Below are positions 53,076 to 63,132 of a stretch of 64,000 bases of DNA, piece by piece. The stretch spans positions 4,295 to 68,294 of the forward strand of contig JBGPKR010000003.1 in NCBI GenBank assembly GCA_041486045.1, given 5' to 3'. Origin of the DNA: Chitinophagaceae bacterium (lineage in GTDB: Bacteria > Bacteroidota > Bacteroidia > Chitinophagales > Chitinophagaceae). Numbering within the stretch: position 1 is the stretch's first letter; each line of letters opens with the position of its first letter. The notes beneath the pieces were generated by a model. The model was not told the origin of the DNA. It was given only the letters and a program-made list of their open reading frames with translations, and did no database searches. Both the position numbers and the translations under genes were made by a program.

Positions 53076-53953
53076 AAAAATCTTCCTTCACCGTCAATGG
53101 TCCTGTAAGGGGAAGAAAAGAAACGATCCACTACTTTATTAAAATCATCTTTAAAAACCACAGGGGTGCTGTGGCCTGAGCCCGGTAAGATCCATAAATA
53201 GGATCGGGGGATATTTTTATAAATCAGCATCGTGTGTTCTTCCTTTATTACATCATGATCGCCGCCAATAACCAGGGTGGGGCATGATATCTTATGCAGA
53301 TCAGTTAGTGATATGTGCGGCTGCTCCGCCAGAAGCCGGTATAATTTAAGCGCATTTTTTTCGGGGTCAGTTTTTGCCGGCTTGTTTTTTAGTTCAGTAA
53401 GTGTTGGCATCACCATGTCCCATATTTGTTGGGGAACGGCTGTTGTATCGGGAACCAGGTTAGCTCCGGTAACTGCCAGTTTTTTTACTTTTTCCGGATG
53501 CCGGATAGATAATAATAACCCGTTGATACCTCCGTCACTCCAGCCGATAACATATGCAGAATCTATCTTCATCGCGTCAAGTAATGCTGCATAATCATCG
53601 GCCATCATTTCATAAGTAAGGCTGTCGTTTTTGTCAGTTGATTTTCCCTGTGACCGGCTGTCGGCAATAATCACTTTGTACTTTTTACTGAAATAAGGGA
53701 TCTGGTATACAAAATTATTGATCGAACCGCCATTGCCATGTATGATTAAAAGCGGTTGACCCTTACCATACACTTCAGCATACATCTTAAAACCACGGAT
53801 GTCATAATATTTTCCAACCAGTTTGTTTTTCCCGTAAGGACTTTTGGGGTCGGCCATTAATTTTTGAAAATCATCGGATATCTTTTTTAAGTCCTGAGTT
53901 GATGCACTTGTTAAAATGAAAAGACTAAGTAGTACAGCAATATATTTTTTCAT
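53072..53953 (-). CDS. Exported alpha/beta hydrolase
   Basis: IIHGNGGS, GWSDGG nucleophile elbow, GDHD, GHS. Confidence 0.92.
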   Translation of the reverse strand: MKKYIAVLLSLFILTSASTQDLKKISDDFQKLMADPKSPYGKNKLVGKYYDIRGFKMYAEVYGKGQPLLIIHGNGGSINNFVYQIPYFSKKYKVIIADSRSQGKSTDKNDSLTYEMMADDYAALLDAMKIDSAYVIGWSDGGINGLLLSIRHPEKVKKLAVTGANLVPDTTAVPQQIWDMVMPTLTELKNKPAKTDPEKNALKLYRLLAEQPHISLTDLHKISCPTLVIGGDHDVIKEEHTMLIYKNIPRSYLWILPGSGHSTPVVFKDDFNKVVDRFFSSPYRTIDGEGRFF

Positions 53954-54035
53954 ATCCCTGGTTTTTTTGCCAAGATATGAAAAAAGCCGGGAGCCTTGTC
54001 TTCAAAACAAGCGCACAAACTAAAAAGGCAAACAA

Positions 54036-54506
54036 TTAAAAGGTATACCGGATACCAAGACCACCCCAACTGCCCACGAAACCACGGGTATCTCCGAATT
54101 CAAAAGAAGGCTGCCAGTCCAGCGACAAATTAATAGGAGCGCCATTAAATTTATAATCAAGTCCAAGGACGCCATCAATGCCGGCAAAAGAGCCATTGCC
54201 GAATTTTGTATTATAAAAACCGATATGTGCACCCGGACCAATATACCATTTCAATCCGGCTGCTCCTGAAATTTGTCCATGTATTTCATAAAGACCGGTA
54301 ATCCGGACGCCCTGGTTCCAGAAATAACCGATTAACTCACCGGCATTATTGTCATTGAAAAAATGTTTTAAAGTCAGGCCACCCCCGTCCCACACTTTAA
54401 CACCTAATGCGGTTGTGTACGATGAATTATCAGAGCCCCGGTTTTGGGCTTGCAAAAATGTAACCGCAAATGATCCTGCTAATGTCAGTACAAAGATCTT
54501 TTTCAT
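54036..54506 (-). CDS. Small outer-membrane beta-barrel-like protein
   Basis: Signal peptide MKKIF...LQAQ; amphipathic strands; C-terminal GIRYTF. Confidence 0.8.
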   Translation of the reverse strand: MKKIFVLTLAGSFAVTFLQAQNRGSDNSSYTTALGVKVWDGGGLTLKHFFNDNNAGELIGYFWNQGVRITGLYEIHGQISGAAGLKWYIGPGAHIGFYNTKFGNGSFAGIDGVLGLDYKFNGAPINLSLDWQPSFEFGDTRGFVGSWGGLGIRYTF

Positions 54507-54591
54507 ACAATGACTTTTAATTGAAAAATCAATCGCAAAACATCTGACCATTATTGTGCCAAAGTCAGCGGTGGAGTAAAAAATAAATAAA

Positions 54592-55797
54592 TCAGGCTTG
54601 TTTGTCTTTGACTTTCAGCATAAAGTAAATACAAACAATTATTGCAATGAATGCGGTAGTAATAAAAGTGCTGCTGCTGCCGAAATTTACCCATAATGCA
54701 CCGGCAATAATACTGGCCAGCAAACTGCAGATACTTTCGCAGGAGGTATAAAAGCCAATAGCTGTAGCGGTGTTTTCGTTGTGAGCTAAATTGGTGATCC
54801 AAGCCTTGATAACTCCTTCTGTAGCGGCTGCATAGAGGCCATAAATAAAAAAGAGGACAAAAATTGCGGGGATAGATGGAGTAAAAGCAAATCCTCCGTA
54901 AACAATGACGAATAGTGTAAAACCAAACAGGATCATTTTTTTAAAACTAAATTTATCAGCCAGAGCGCCTAATGGGTATGATGCGCCGGCATAAATAAGA
55001 TTGTAAAACACATAGGCTGCGATTGTGATCGTATCGGCATTAAAAGTGGCCCCCAGGATGGTAATTGTGTCATGGCCGATTGTTTGTTTCGTTATCAGTA
55101 ATAAAAAAATATCCGAGCTGTTAAACAGGGCAAACAATAGTAATCCTGTGGATACTTTTTTGAATCCGGGTGAAGCAATTTTCCAATATTTAAAAAAGGA
55201 AAAAAAATTTCCTTTCCCCAATGTTGAAACGGGTTGCTTTTTTTCTTTCAATAAAAAAATAAACAAAATAGAAAGGATACCCGGGATAAAGGCGAGATAA
55301 AAAAGTGTTTTGTATTTACCGGGGAAGAAAAGTAAAAATAATAAAGCCAGTATGGGTCCGATGGCTGCACCAACGGTATCCATACCACGATGAAAACCAA
55401 ACACTCTTGCTTTTGTTTCTTTTGTTGCTTCCTGGGATAATAATGCATCTCTTGCAGCAGTGCGGACGCCTTTTCCTAACCTGTCAACTGTTCGTACAAA
55501 GAAAACCCAAAGCGGGTAAACAAATGTTGCGATCAATGGTTTTGAAACAGCGCTTAACAGGTAACCCAGTTTTACAAATGGCAAACGAAGACCCTTTTCA
55601 TCACTTAATTTTCCAAAGTAACCCTTGCTGATGCCTGCCGTAAAATTTGCCACAGCCTCTAACAAGCCGATCAAAAAAACACTAAACCCGATTTCTTTTA
55701 AATAGACAGGGATAACCGGATACAGCATTTCACTGGCAATGTCTGCCAGCAAACTAACTACTGATAAAATCAAAACGGTTCTGGTAATGATCCGCAT
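54592..55797 (-). CDS. MFS transporter
   Basis: 12 hydrophobic segments, DRLGKGVRTAARDAL, GFHRGMDTVGA. Confidence 0.92.
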   Translation of the reverse strand: MRIITRTVLILSVVSLLADIASEMLYPVIPVYLKEIGFSVFLIGLLEAVANFTAGISKGYFGKLSDEKGLRLPFVKLGYLLSAVSKPLIATFVYPLWVFFVRTVDRLGKGVRTAARDALLSQEATKETKARVFGFHRGMDTVGAAIGPILALLFLLFFPGKYKTLFYLAFIPGILSILFIFLLKEKKQPVSTLGKGNFFSFFKYWKIASPGFKKVSTGLLLFALFNSSDIFLLLITKQTIGHDTITILGATFNADTITIAAYVFYNLIYAGASYPLGALADKFSFKKMILFGFTLFVIVYGGFAFTPSIPAIFVLFFIYGLYAAATEGVIKAWITNLAHNENTATAIGFYTSCESICSLLASIIAGALWVNFGSSSTFITTAFIAIIVCIYFMLKVKDKQA

Positions 55798-55987
55798 GGC
55801 GTGAAGTTAATTGAAAAATCGGCTAGGGTTTTTACTGAAAAATTCCGGGATGGCAACAGCAAAAATTCTTTTAACCACAATTTGTCAAAATCGGAAATAT
55901 AAAAAAAGTCCTTGCCCCGCAAGGTTTTGCTTTGATAATTCAAATTATTTACTCCACCTTTGCCTCCAATAAATCCAAGAATAATTA

Positions 55988-57013
55988 ATGGGACTTTTTA
56001 ACTGGTTTACACAAGAAATAGCCATCGACCTGGGTACGGCCAACACCCTCATCATACATAACGACGAAGTAGTGGTAAATGAACCGAGTATTATAGCCTT
56101 AAACCGGAATAACCCGAAAGAAGTGCTGGCTGTCGGGAAAAAGGCACTGATGATGCATGAGAAAACCCATGAAAGCATCCGCACTGTTCGTCCCCTGAAA
56201 GATGGTGTGATAGCGGATTTCAACGCTGCCGAGTTGATGATACGGGAGCTTATCAAGCTGGTTTATCCTAAAAAGAAACTTTTTCCTCCCAGTTGGCGGA
56301 TGATGATTTGCATCCCCTCCTCTATTACGGAAGTGGAAAAAAGAGCTGTTCGTGACAGTGCTGAACAAGCAGGAGCCAAGGAGGTATATTTGATTCATGA
56401 ACCCATGGCAGCTGCACTGGGTATAGGTATTGATGTGGAAGAGCCGGTAGGCAACATGATCATTGATATTGGAGGAGGCACAACCGGTATTACTGTTATT
56501 GCACTGGCAGGCATTGTTTGCGATCAGTCTATCCGCATCGCCGGAGACGAATTTACCGCTGATATTATGGAGGCTCTCCGTCGCTATCATAGTTTACTGA
56601 TTGGTGAGCGGACAGCCGAGCAGATCAAAATACAGGTGGGAGCCGCCATGAAAGAGATTGAAAACCCCCCGGATGATTTTCCGGTCAATGGACGGGACCT
56701 GGTAACCGGTATCCCCAAGCAGATCATGGTGAGCTACCAGGAAATTGCCGAAGCATTGGATAAAAGCATTTTTAAAATTGAAGAAGCTATCCTGAAGGCG
56801 CTGGAGCAAACTCCCCCGGAACTGGCTGCCGACATTTACCGCCGTGGCTTATACATCACAGGAGGTGGCGCTTTGTTGAGAGGTTTGGATAAAAGGTTAG
56901 GCAATAAAATCAAGCTCCCGGTGCATATTGCCGATGACCCGCTGAAAAGTGTCGTAAGGGGAACCGGCATTGCCTTAAAGAATTATAGCAGGTTTCCTTT
57001 TGTGATGAGATAA
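55988..57013 (+). CDS. mreB: Rod shape-determining protein MreB
   Basis: AIDLGTANT, PLKDGVIADF, IDIGGGTT, TGGGALLRG. Confidence 0.97.
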   Translation: MGLFNWFTQEIAIDLGTANTLIIHNDEVVVNEPSIIALNRNNPKEVLAVGKKALMMHEKTHESIRTVRPLKDGVIADFNAAELMIRELIKLVYPKKKLFPPSWRMMICIPSSITEVEKRAVRDSAEQAGAKEVYLIHEPMAAALGIGIDVEEPVGNMIIDIGGGTTGITVIALAGIVCDQSIRIAGDEFTADIMEALRRYHSLLIGERTAEQIKIQVGAAMKEIENPPDDFPVNGRDLVTGIPKQIMVSYQEIAEALDKSIFKIEEAILKALEQTPPELAADIYRRGLYITGGGALLRGLDKRLGNKIKLPVHIADDPLKSVVRGTGIALKNYSRFPFVMR

Positions 57014-57014
57014 G

Positions 57015-57188
57015 GCCTCCCCAAACCCCTCCGAACGCTTACGCCAAAGCTTCAGCGTCGGCGCAAGGAGGGGCTTTAAGAAGACCCTGATAATTTTTTC
57101 GAATCTTTTTTAATGTAATTCAATCTTGACAAGAATATTTCTATAATGACTCTTGCTAAGCCTCCCCTTCGGGGAGGTTGGAGGGGCT
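57015..57188. repeat. Inverted dyad of GC-rich palindromic elements between mreB and mreC
   Basis: gcctccccaaacccctcc[...]aaggaggggcttt (57015-57077) and aagcctccccttcggggaggttggaggggc (57158-57187). Confidence 0.7.
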
Positions 57189-57191
57189 TTT

Positions 57192-58070
57192 ATGCGTAAC
57201 ATATTTCTCTTCATCCGCCGGTATTTTACCTTTTTCACTTTCCTTGTGCTACAGGTAGTGTCATTGTGGTTTTTGTTTAATTATAACCGGTTTCACAGGG
57301 CTAAATTTTTAGGTGTCGCCAATGAAATGACCGGCCGCATCAATTCACAGTATAATAAGGTGGAAGATTTTTTCAACCTGAAAGAAGAAAACCGCAGGGT
57401 ACACCGGTTTAATGATTCTTTACTGAATTTACTCCCGCGGAACTTCATGCAAAGGGACAGCAGCACTCAATTTGTGAAGGATTCAGTTCCCTATGATACA
57501 GCGGGGCATTTCCGTCGTTATTTCCTGAGAACAGCAACAGTGGTTTATAATACAGTGAATGCCCAGAAGAATTATATACAGATAAACAGGGGCGCCAACC
57601 AGGGAATAAAAGATAAAATGGCTGTAGTAGGTTCTGACGGCTGCGTAGTTGGGGTGGTAGAAAATGTCAGCCCTAATTTTAGCCAGGTAATGAGTTTGCT
57701 GCATGTGCAGAGTACCGTCAGCGTAGCGTTAAAAAAGACAGGTGATTTAGGTACGGTGGAGTGGGATGGCAGAGATCCCCGGTATCTGCTGCTAAAGAGA
57801 ATTCCCAAAACGGTAGAGCTGGTTCTTGGTGATACCGTATTGACCAGTACAGTTTCTTTCAATTTTCCTCCCGGCTATCTGGTAGGAACTATTGCAGATA
57901 TAAAGCTGGACAATACATCAGGTATGTATATGTTAAAAGTGAAAACAGCTGCCAATTTTTACAATCTGCAGCAGGTACATGTAATTGAAAATATCGATTA
58001 TGAAGAGCAGACCAGGTTAAATGCCGAGACTAAAAAGAAAATTGAAGAAGTTAAAAAGAAACCCAGGTGA
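57192..58070 (+). CDS. mreC: Rod shape-determining protein MreC
   Basis: INRGANQGIK, GDTVLTS, FPPGYLVG; ATG at 57192 (upstream in-frame codons are repeat DNA). Confidence 0.95.
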   Translation: MRNIFLFIRRYFTFFTFLVLQVVSLWFLFNYNRFHRAKFLGVANEMTGRINSQYNKVEDFFNLKEENRRVHRFNDSLLNLLPRNFMQRDSSTQFVKDSVPYDTAGHFRRYFLRTATVVYNTVNAQKNYIQINRGANQGIKDKMAVVGSDGCVVGVVENVSPNFSQVMSLLHVQSTVSVALKKTGDLGTVEWDGRDPRYLLLKRIPKTVELVLGDTVLTSTVSFNFPPGYLVGTIADIKLDNTSGMYMLKVKTAANFYNLQQVHVIENIDYEEQTRLNAETKKKIEEVKKKPR

Positions 58071-58600
58071 GTAATTATTTAAAACATTTTTTCCGCTTTG
58101 CGATCTTCATTTTGATCCAGGTGTATGTGCTGAACAAAATCCCGCACCTCCACCGGTTTATCACACCTTATCTATATTATCTGCCTTTACTGTGGCTGCC
58201 ATTTTCTGTTTCAAGGATCTGGGTGCTTATAATAGGTTTTATTACCGGGCTCGTCCTGGACTTTTTTATGATGACCCCGGGGCTCCATGCAGCGGCCTGC
58301 GTTCTGGTAGCTTATGCCAGGCCTTTTGTCATCAGCGTTCTTACACCAAAAGACAGTTCTGAATTCAACTACAGGGAGCCATCGCCAAAAGCCATACAAT
58401 GGACACCCTATGCTATCTATGTCTTTGTTCTTACCCTCCTGCATCATGGTTATATGGTGTTCCTGGAGTGGCTGGATTTTGGCAGTTTCCTGGATTTCAT
58501 AATTAAAGTAATTGCCACCACCGGCATCAGCTTGTTACTCATTTTTACAGTGGAATTATTATTCCCGAGGAGTTTAAAATTCCGTACAAATACTCCGTAA
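58067..58600 (+). CDS. mreD: Rod shape-determining protein MreD
   Basis: Hydrophobic, GFITGLVLDFF, GLHAAACVL; GTG start overlapping mreC stop. Confidence 0.92.
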   Translation: MSNYLKHFFRFAIFILIQVYVLNKIPHLHRFITPYLYYLPLLWLPFSVSRIWVLIIGFITGLVLDFFMMTPGLHAAACVLVAYARPFVISVLTPKDSSEFNYREPSPKAIQWTPYAIYVFVLTLLHHGYMVFLEWLDFGSFLDFIIKVIATTGISLLLIFTVELLFPRSLKFRTNTP

Positions 58601-58712
58601 GAAATTCATGAGAAAGAATCTGGTGACTGAAATTATTCTTAAACCAAATTTTATGATCAAATAGATTTGGAATCCCTCTTTTGTAATTCGTATTTTGCAT
58701 AACATAGTTAAT

Positions 58713-58754
58713 CTTTCATCTTCTTACTTCATACTTCTGACCTTGTACTTCTGA
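58713..58754 (+). repeat. 7-bp tandem array directly before mrdA start
   Basis: ctttcat cttctta cttcata cttctga ccttgta cttctga at-ATG. Confidence 0.7.
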
Positions 58755-58756
58755 AT

Positions 58757-60874
58757 ATGCCTGTGTTTAACCAATCAAGAAGCCGTATCATCCGCCTCAT
58801 TTTCCTGGCTGCCTTTATTGTTATCGTCGCCCAGTTATTTTATTTACAGGTTATTTCAGGCAAATACCGGCGGATGGCCGATGAAAATGCCATTCTCCGT
58901 AAGACAATTTATCCCCCGAGGGGCCTTCTTTTCGACAGGAAGAAAAAAATTGTTCTTAATAATACTGTTACGTATGACCTGATGGTGACCCCGGCGCTTG
59001 CAAAGGGGATCGATACAGCTTTTTTCTGCCGGTTGATGGAAATAGATACCGCTGAATTCAGAAAGAGGATAATTAATGCAATTGTAAAAAACAGCTCTCA
59101 AAAACCATCTGTATTTGAAGCTTCGCTGGTTCCCCAAAAGTATGCCCGTATCCAGGAGAATCTGTGGAGGTTTCAAAATGGGTTTTACATACAGGACAGG
59201 CCGATCCGGTCTTATCCATTTAATGCAGGGGCAAATATTTTAGGATATCTTGGAGAAGTTGATACCAATTACCTGAAGAAACATGCGGAAGATGGATATG
59301 TAAGCGGTGACTATGCAGGAATGACAGGAATAGAAGCCAGTTATGAAAAAGTTTTGATGGGAGAAAGGGGCGTACAGGTATTGATAAAAGATAATTTCAG
59401 CCGTATCCAGGGGTCGTATGAAAATGGTGCAATGGACAAAGAAGCGGTGGCCGGCAATAACCTTTATACCAGCCTTGATATTGAGCTGCAGCAATTGGGG
59501 GAAAAGCTGATGAATAACAAAGTGGGTTCCATCGTTGCCATTGATCCTAAATCCGGTAGCATAATAGCCATGATTAGCAGCCCGACTTATAACCCGGGCC
59601 TGTTGACCGGTGCAGAGAGAAGAAAAAATTTCTCTGAATTATATACCGACCCCCGGCTTCCCTTACTGAACAGGGCGGTGAACGCCAATTATTCCCCCGG
59701 CTCCACATTCAAAACATTGCAGGCATTGGTTGGCCTGCATGAAGGAGTGATTACTACAAACACTACGTTTAGCTGCTCAGGAGCTTTTTATGGTTGTGGT
59801 AGCGCCAAGCCAATGAAATGCCTTGACCCCGGAACTTTTTTCTTACGAACAGCCATCACCCATTCCTGTAACACTTATTTTGCCAATGTGATGCAGCGTA
59901 TAATTAATAACCCAAAATTTCCAAGCCAGGACAGCAGCCTGAGAAGCTGGGATAATTATATGTATGCATTCGGATTGGGTAGACGACTTGGTGTAGATGT
60001 GCCAACGGAACAAAAAGGAAATATTCCCACACCTGCAGATTTTAATAAACTTTATGGAGAAGGGCATTGGAACTACTGCACCTATCGTTCAGTGAGCATC
60101 GGACAGGGCGAAGTAAATGCCACGCCGCTGCAGGTAGCCAATGAAATGGCTTATATAGCAAACAAAGGTTGGTTTATTATCCCCCACATTGTAGATTCTA
60201 TTGAAGGGGGTGATGAGTTCGGGTTGCTTGAAAAGTATAAAAAGAAAAATGTACCTATTCCGATCCCCGACAGCATTTTTGAAGCCGTGCATGATGGTAT
60301 GGAAGGCGTAATAGAGACGGGTACTGGTCGTGGAGCTAAAGTGCCCGGGATTATTATGTGCGGAAAAACAGGAACAGTTGAAAATTATTACCGGGGTGTC
60401 AAGCAACCCAACCACTCTTTTTTCTGTGCTTTTGCGCCAAGGGAGAATCCAAAAATTGCCATTATGTGTGTGGTTGAAAATAGTGGACGCTTCGGGGGCA
60501 CTTATGCAGCGCCAATTGTAAGCCTGATGATAGAAAAATACCTGAATGATACGATTGCCGAAAACAGGAAGGCTTTGGAAGAAAGAATGGCTGGCATCAA
60601 TCTTATTCCTCCATTGATGATGCAGAAGATGAGATCAAGAGATTCTTTGCAAAGGGCAAAAGAAGAAAAACAACTCAGGGATGATTTGAAAAATATTAAA
60701 GACACCCTGCAATCAGATGAAAATTTAACTGATGCTGAAATAGGGTCCGGGAAAACAAAAAACAATTTGCCATCGAATGACAGCCAAGATAAAAAAGAGA
60801 TAAAAAATGAGATGCTGGCGCCCGACAGGCCGCGACAACCAATACCCAATACAAAAGACTCTGTCAAAAAATAA
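58757..60874 (+). CDS. mrdA: Penicillin-binding protein 2
   Basis: YPPRG, SPGSTFK (SxxK), SCN (SxN), GKTGT (KTG). Confidence 0.95.
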   Translation: MPVFNQSRSRIIRLIFLAAFIVIVAQLFYLQVISGKYRRMADENAILRKTIYPPRGLLFDRKKKIVLNNTVTYDLMVTPALAKGIDTAFFCRLMEIDTAEFRKRIINAIVKNSSQKPSVFEASLVPQKYARIQENLWRFQNGFYIQDRPIRSYPFNAGANILGYLGEVDTNYLKKHAEDGYVSGDYAGMTGIEASYEKVLMGERGVQVLIKDNFSRIQGSYENGAMDKEAVAGNNLYTSLDIELQQLGEKLMNNKVGSIVAIDPKSGSIIAMISSPTYNPGLLTGAERRKNFSELYTDPRLPLLNRAVNANYSPGSTFKTLQALVGLHEGVITTNTTFSCSGAFYGCGSAKPMKCLDPGTFFLRTAITHSCNTYFANVMQRIINNPKFPSQDSSLRSWDNYMYAFGLGRRLGVDVPTEQKGNIPTPADFNKLYGEGHWNYCTYRSVSIGQGEVNATPLQVANEMAYIANKGWFIIPHIVDSIEGGDEFGLLEKYKKKNVPIPIPDSIFEAVHDGMEGVIETGTGRGAKVPGIIMCGKTGTVENYYRGVKQPNHSFFCAFAPRENPKIAIMCVVENSGRFGGTYAAPIVSLMIEKYLNDTIAENRKALEERMAGINLIPPLMMQKMRSRDSLQRAKEEKQLRDDLKNIKDTLQSDENLTDAEIGSGKTKNNLPSNDSQDKKEIKNEMLAPDRPRQPIPNTKDSVKK

Positions 60875-60889
60875 ACAGCAAACAAACTT

Positions 60890-62230
60890 GTGAACCAACG
60901 GAACCCCGCGATATCAAAAGGAATAGACTGGAGCCTGGTTGGCATTTACCTGCTGTTGGTGTCCATTGGCCTGACGGCTATTTTCGCAGCTACCTATAAG
61001 GAAGGGGATTCAGTAATTCAGAGTTTTTTAAAATTCAAAACAGATTACAGCAAACAGTTTTATTTTTTTGTGATCGGGTCCTTGCTGGCTTTTTTTATTT
61101 TATTGACGGATAGCAAATTTTTTGCTGCAACGGCCAACCTGGGCTACCTGTTTGGGATATTCCTTTTGTTATTGGTTTTCCCTTTCCACTCCCGGATCAA
61201 AGGCACGGAATCAATTATCAAACTGGGGGCTTTTAATTTTCAACCAGCGGAATTTTGCAAAATTTTTGTAGCGTTAGCGCTGGCTAAATACCTCTCGCGG
61301 CCTGAAACGGATTTTTCCAAAACCCGTTCGCAATTAATTGCTGCAGCTATTGCCTTTTTCCCTGCCGCTTTAACATTGCTTCAAAATGAAACAGGGCTGG
61401 CGTTGGTATATTTTTCCTTTTCAATTGTGATGTACCGGGAAGGGCTTCCCTCTGTAATTCTGCTGGTTGGCTTTGCCATTGCTGCATTAATAGTTGCCAC
61501 GATTGTAATAGACCCAAACATATTAGCCCTCACTCTCACCATTATTGCCTCCATTGTCATTTATATATTCCGGCGGCAAATAAAACGACAGAAAGGTATC
61601 CTGGTAACTGTAATTTTTCTTTGGGCGCTTTGTGTAGGGATTCAGCGGTTTGCTGTTCCGTATATTTTTAAGAATGTATTACAAAAACACCAGGTAGAAC
61701 GTATCTATGATCTATTTGGTAAAGACAACCCCTACCTTAAAAAAGGAGAAAAAGAAACTGTTGAAGAAACCAAAAAGAAAAAAGAGAGTGGGAGCAGTTA
61801 TAATGTCAGGCAATCAAAAATAGCTATTGGCAGCGGAAGAATTTGGGGAAAAGGCTTATTGAAAGCAACCCAGACCCGGTATGATTTTGTACCCGAACAG
61901 CGAACTGATTTTATTTTTTGTACCGTGGGAGAAGGATTTGGCTTTTTGGGAACAATAGTTTTATTGGGTTTGTATCTTATCCTTCTTTTTCGCATTGTCA
62001 CCATCGCTGAACGACAGCGAAGCACTTTTAGCCGCTGCTATGCTTATGGAGTAGCTTCCGTGTTTTTCTTTCATATCGCCATCAATGTTGCTATGACGAT
62101 TGGTCTGGCACCGGTAATTGGTATTCCGCTTCCCTTTGTCAGTTATGGAGGAACATCTTTGCTGACTTTCACTATAATGCTGTTTATTTTAATTCGCCTG
62201 GATGCTGACCGGCAGATGGTTGTCAGGTAA
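60890..62230 (+). CDS. rodA: Rod shape-determining protein RodA
   Basis: FQPAEFCK, QSKIAIGSG, PEQRTDFIF, PFVSYGGTS; GTG start. Confidence 0.95.
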   Translation: MNQRNPAISKGIDWSLVGIYLLLVSIGLTAIFAATYKEGDSVIQSFLKFKTDYSKQFYFFVIGSLLAFFILLTDSKFFAATANLGYLFGIFLLLLVFPFHSRIKGTESIIKLGAFNFQPAEFCKIFVALALAKYLSRPETDFSKTRSQLIAAAIAFFPAALTLLQNETGLALVYFSFSIVMYREGLPSVILLVGFAIAALIVATIVIDPNILALTLTIIASIVIYIFRRQIKRQKGILVTVIFLWALCVGIQRFAVPYIFKNVLQKHQVERIYDLFGKDNPYLKKGEKETVEETKKKKESGSSYNVRQSKIAIGSGRIWGKGLLKATQTRYDFVPEQRTDFIFCTVGEGFGFLGTIVLLGLYLILLFRIVTIAERQRSTFSRCYAYGVASVFFFHIAINVAMTIGLAPVIGIPLPFVSYGGTSLLTFTIMLFILIRLDADRQMVVR

Positions 62231-62337
62231 GGCCCACCTAAATCCTTCCTAGGGGAGGACTTTAAACTTCTAAATTTGAGAGCTCAATCATTTGTTCAGT
62301 ATTTTCAAACTAAATTTCCCCTTTAAGGGACAGGGGC
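62231..62337. repeat. Degenerate inverted dyad of palindromic elements between rodA and the MBL gene
   Basis: ggcccacctaaatccttcctaggggaggacttt (62231-62263) and tttcccctttaagggacaggggc (62315-62337), same layout as the mreB-mreC dyad. Confidence 0.6.
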
Positions 62338-63078
62338 ATGAAGATCATTCCGCTTTCCGAAGGCACATTTACCATTGATAAAACCAAACTCTTTGTCCCT
62401 TTTGATAATCAGAGCCATGATTTACAGAAAAGAACGATTGGAAGTTTACTGGTGGAAGTGCAGCCATTTGTTGTCATTACCTCAAAGGACATCCTTTTGC
62501 TGGATACCGGGCTTGGTTTTGAAAAGAATGGAGCTTTACAATTGCATCGGAACCTGATGGATGCCGGAATTAATCCCTCCGAAGTAACTAAAGTGCTCGT
62601 TAGCCATTTGCATAAGGACCATGCAGGTGCAATATGTATTGAACGGGAGGGATCGGGGGTAAGACTTTCTTTCCCCAATGCCCGGTATTATATACAGCGG
62701 AAGGAATTAGCTTTTGCATTTGAAAAAGGGTTTCCGTCTTTTATCACGGAAGAGTTGGTCTGTCTTCAAAATGCAGCGCAGGTGGTATTGCTGGAAGACA
62801 ATGGTGTTATTGATGAGTATATCCATTATGAAGTTACAGGTGCACATTCGCCGTATCACCAGGTATTTTGGATAAAAGAAGATGGTGAAACGATTTTTTT
62901 TGGCGGGGATGATGCGCCGCAATTGCAACAGATGAAACACAGGTTTGTGGCTAAATATGATTTTGACGGGAAAAAGAGTATGGAACTTAAGAGAAAGTGG
63001 TGGGAGAGAGGAAGAAAAGAAAAATGGACTTTTCTGTTTTATCATGACGTGAAAAATCCTGTTTGGAGATTCCAATGA
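62338..63078 (+). CDS. MBL-fold metallo-hydrolase
   Basis: LLDTGLG, SHLHKDHAG (HxHxDH), GAHSPYH, FLFYHD. Confidence 0.93.
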   Translation: MKIIPLSEGTFTIDKTKLFVPFDNQSHDLQKRTIGSLLVEVQPFVVITSKDILLLDTGLGFEKNGALQLHRNLMDAGINPSEVTKVLVSHLHKDHAGAICIEREGSGVRLSFPNARYYIQRKELAFAFEKGFPSFITEELVCLQNAAQVVLLEDNGVIDEYIHYEVTGAHSPYHQVFWIKEDGETIFFGGDDAPQLQQMKHRFVAKYDFDGKKSMELKRKWWERGRKEKWTFLFYHDVKNPVWRFQ

Positions 63079-63095
63079 AACAGCCGGCTGTTTCA
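63076..63095. terminator. Perfect 20-bp palindrome at the MBL stop (probable terminator hairpin)
   Basis: tgaaacagcc|ggctgtttca between convergent genes. Confidence 0.55.
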
Positions 63096-63132
63096 CATAT
63101 AAAAAAATATCAGGTTTAAGTCTTTAAAGGGT

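Noticed and set aside
57126-57147. Perfect TTGACA and TATAAT hexamers upstream of mreC
   Set aside because: Spacer is only 10 bp, and Bacteroidota primary sigma uses TTTG/TAnnTTTG.
57153-57191. N-terminal extension MLSLPFGEVGGAF on MreC in the ORF track
   Set aside because: It is translated repeat DNA from a TTG; the ATG at 57192 gives a normal MreC N-terminus.
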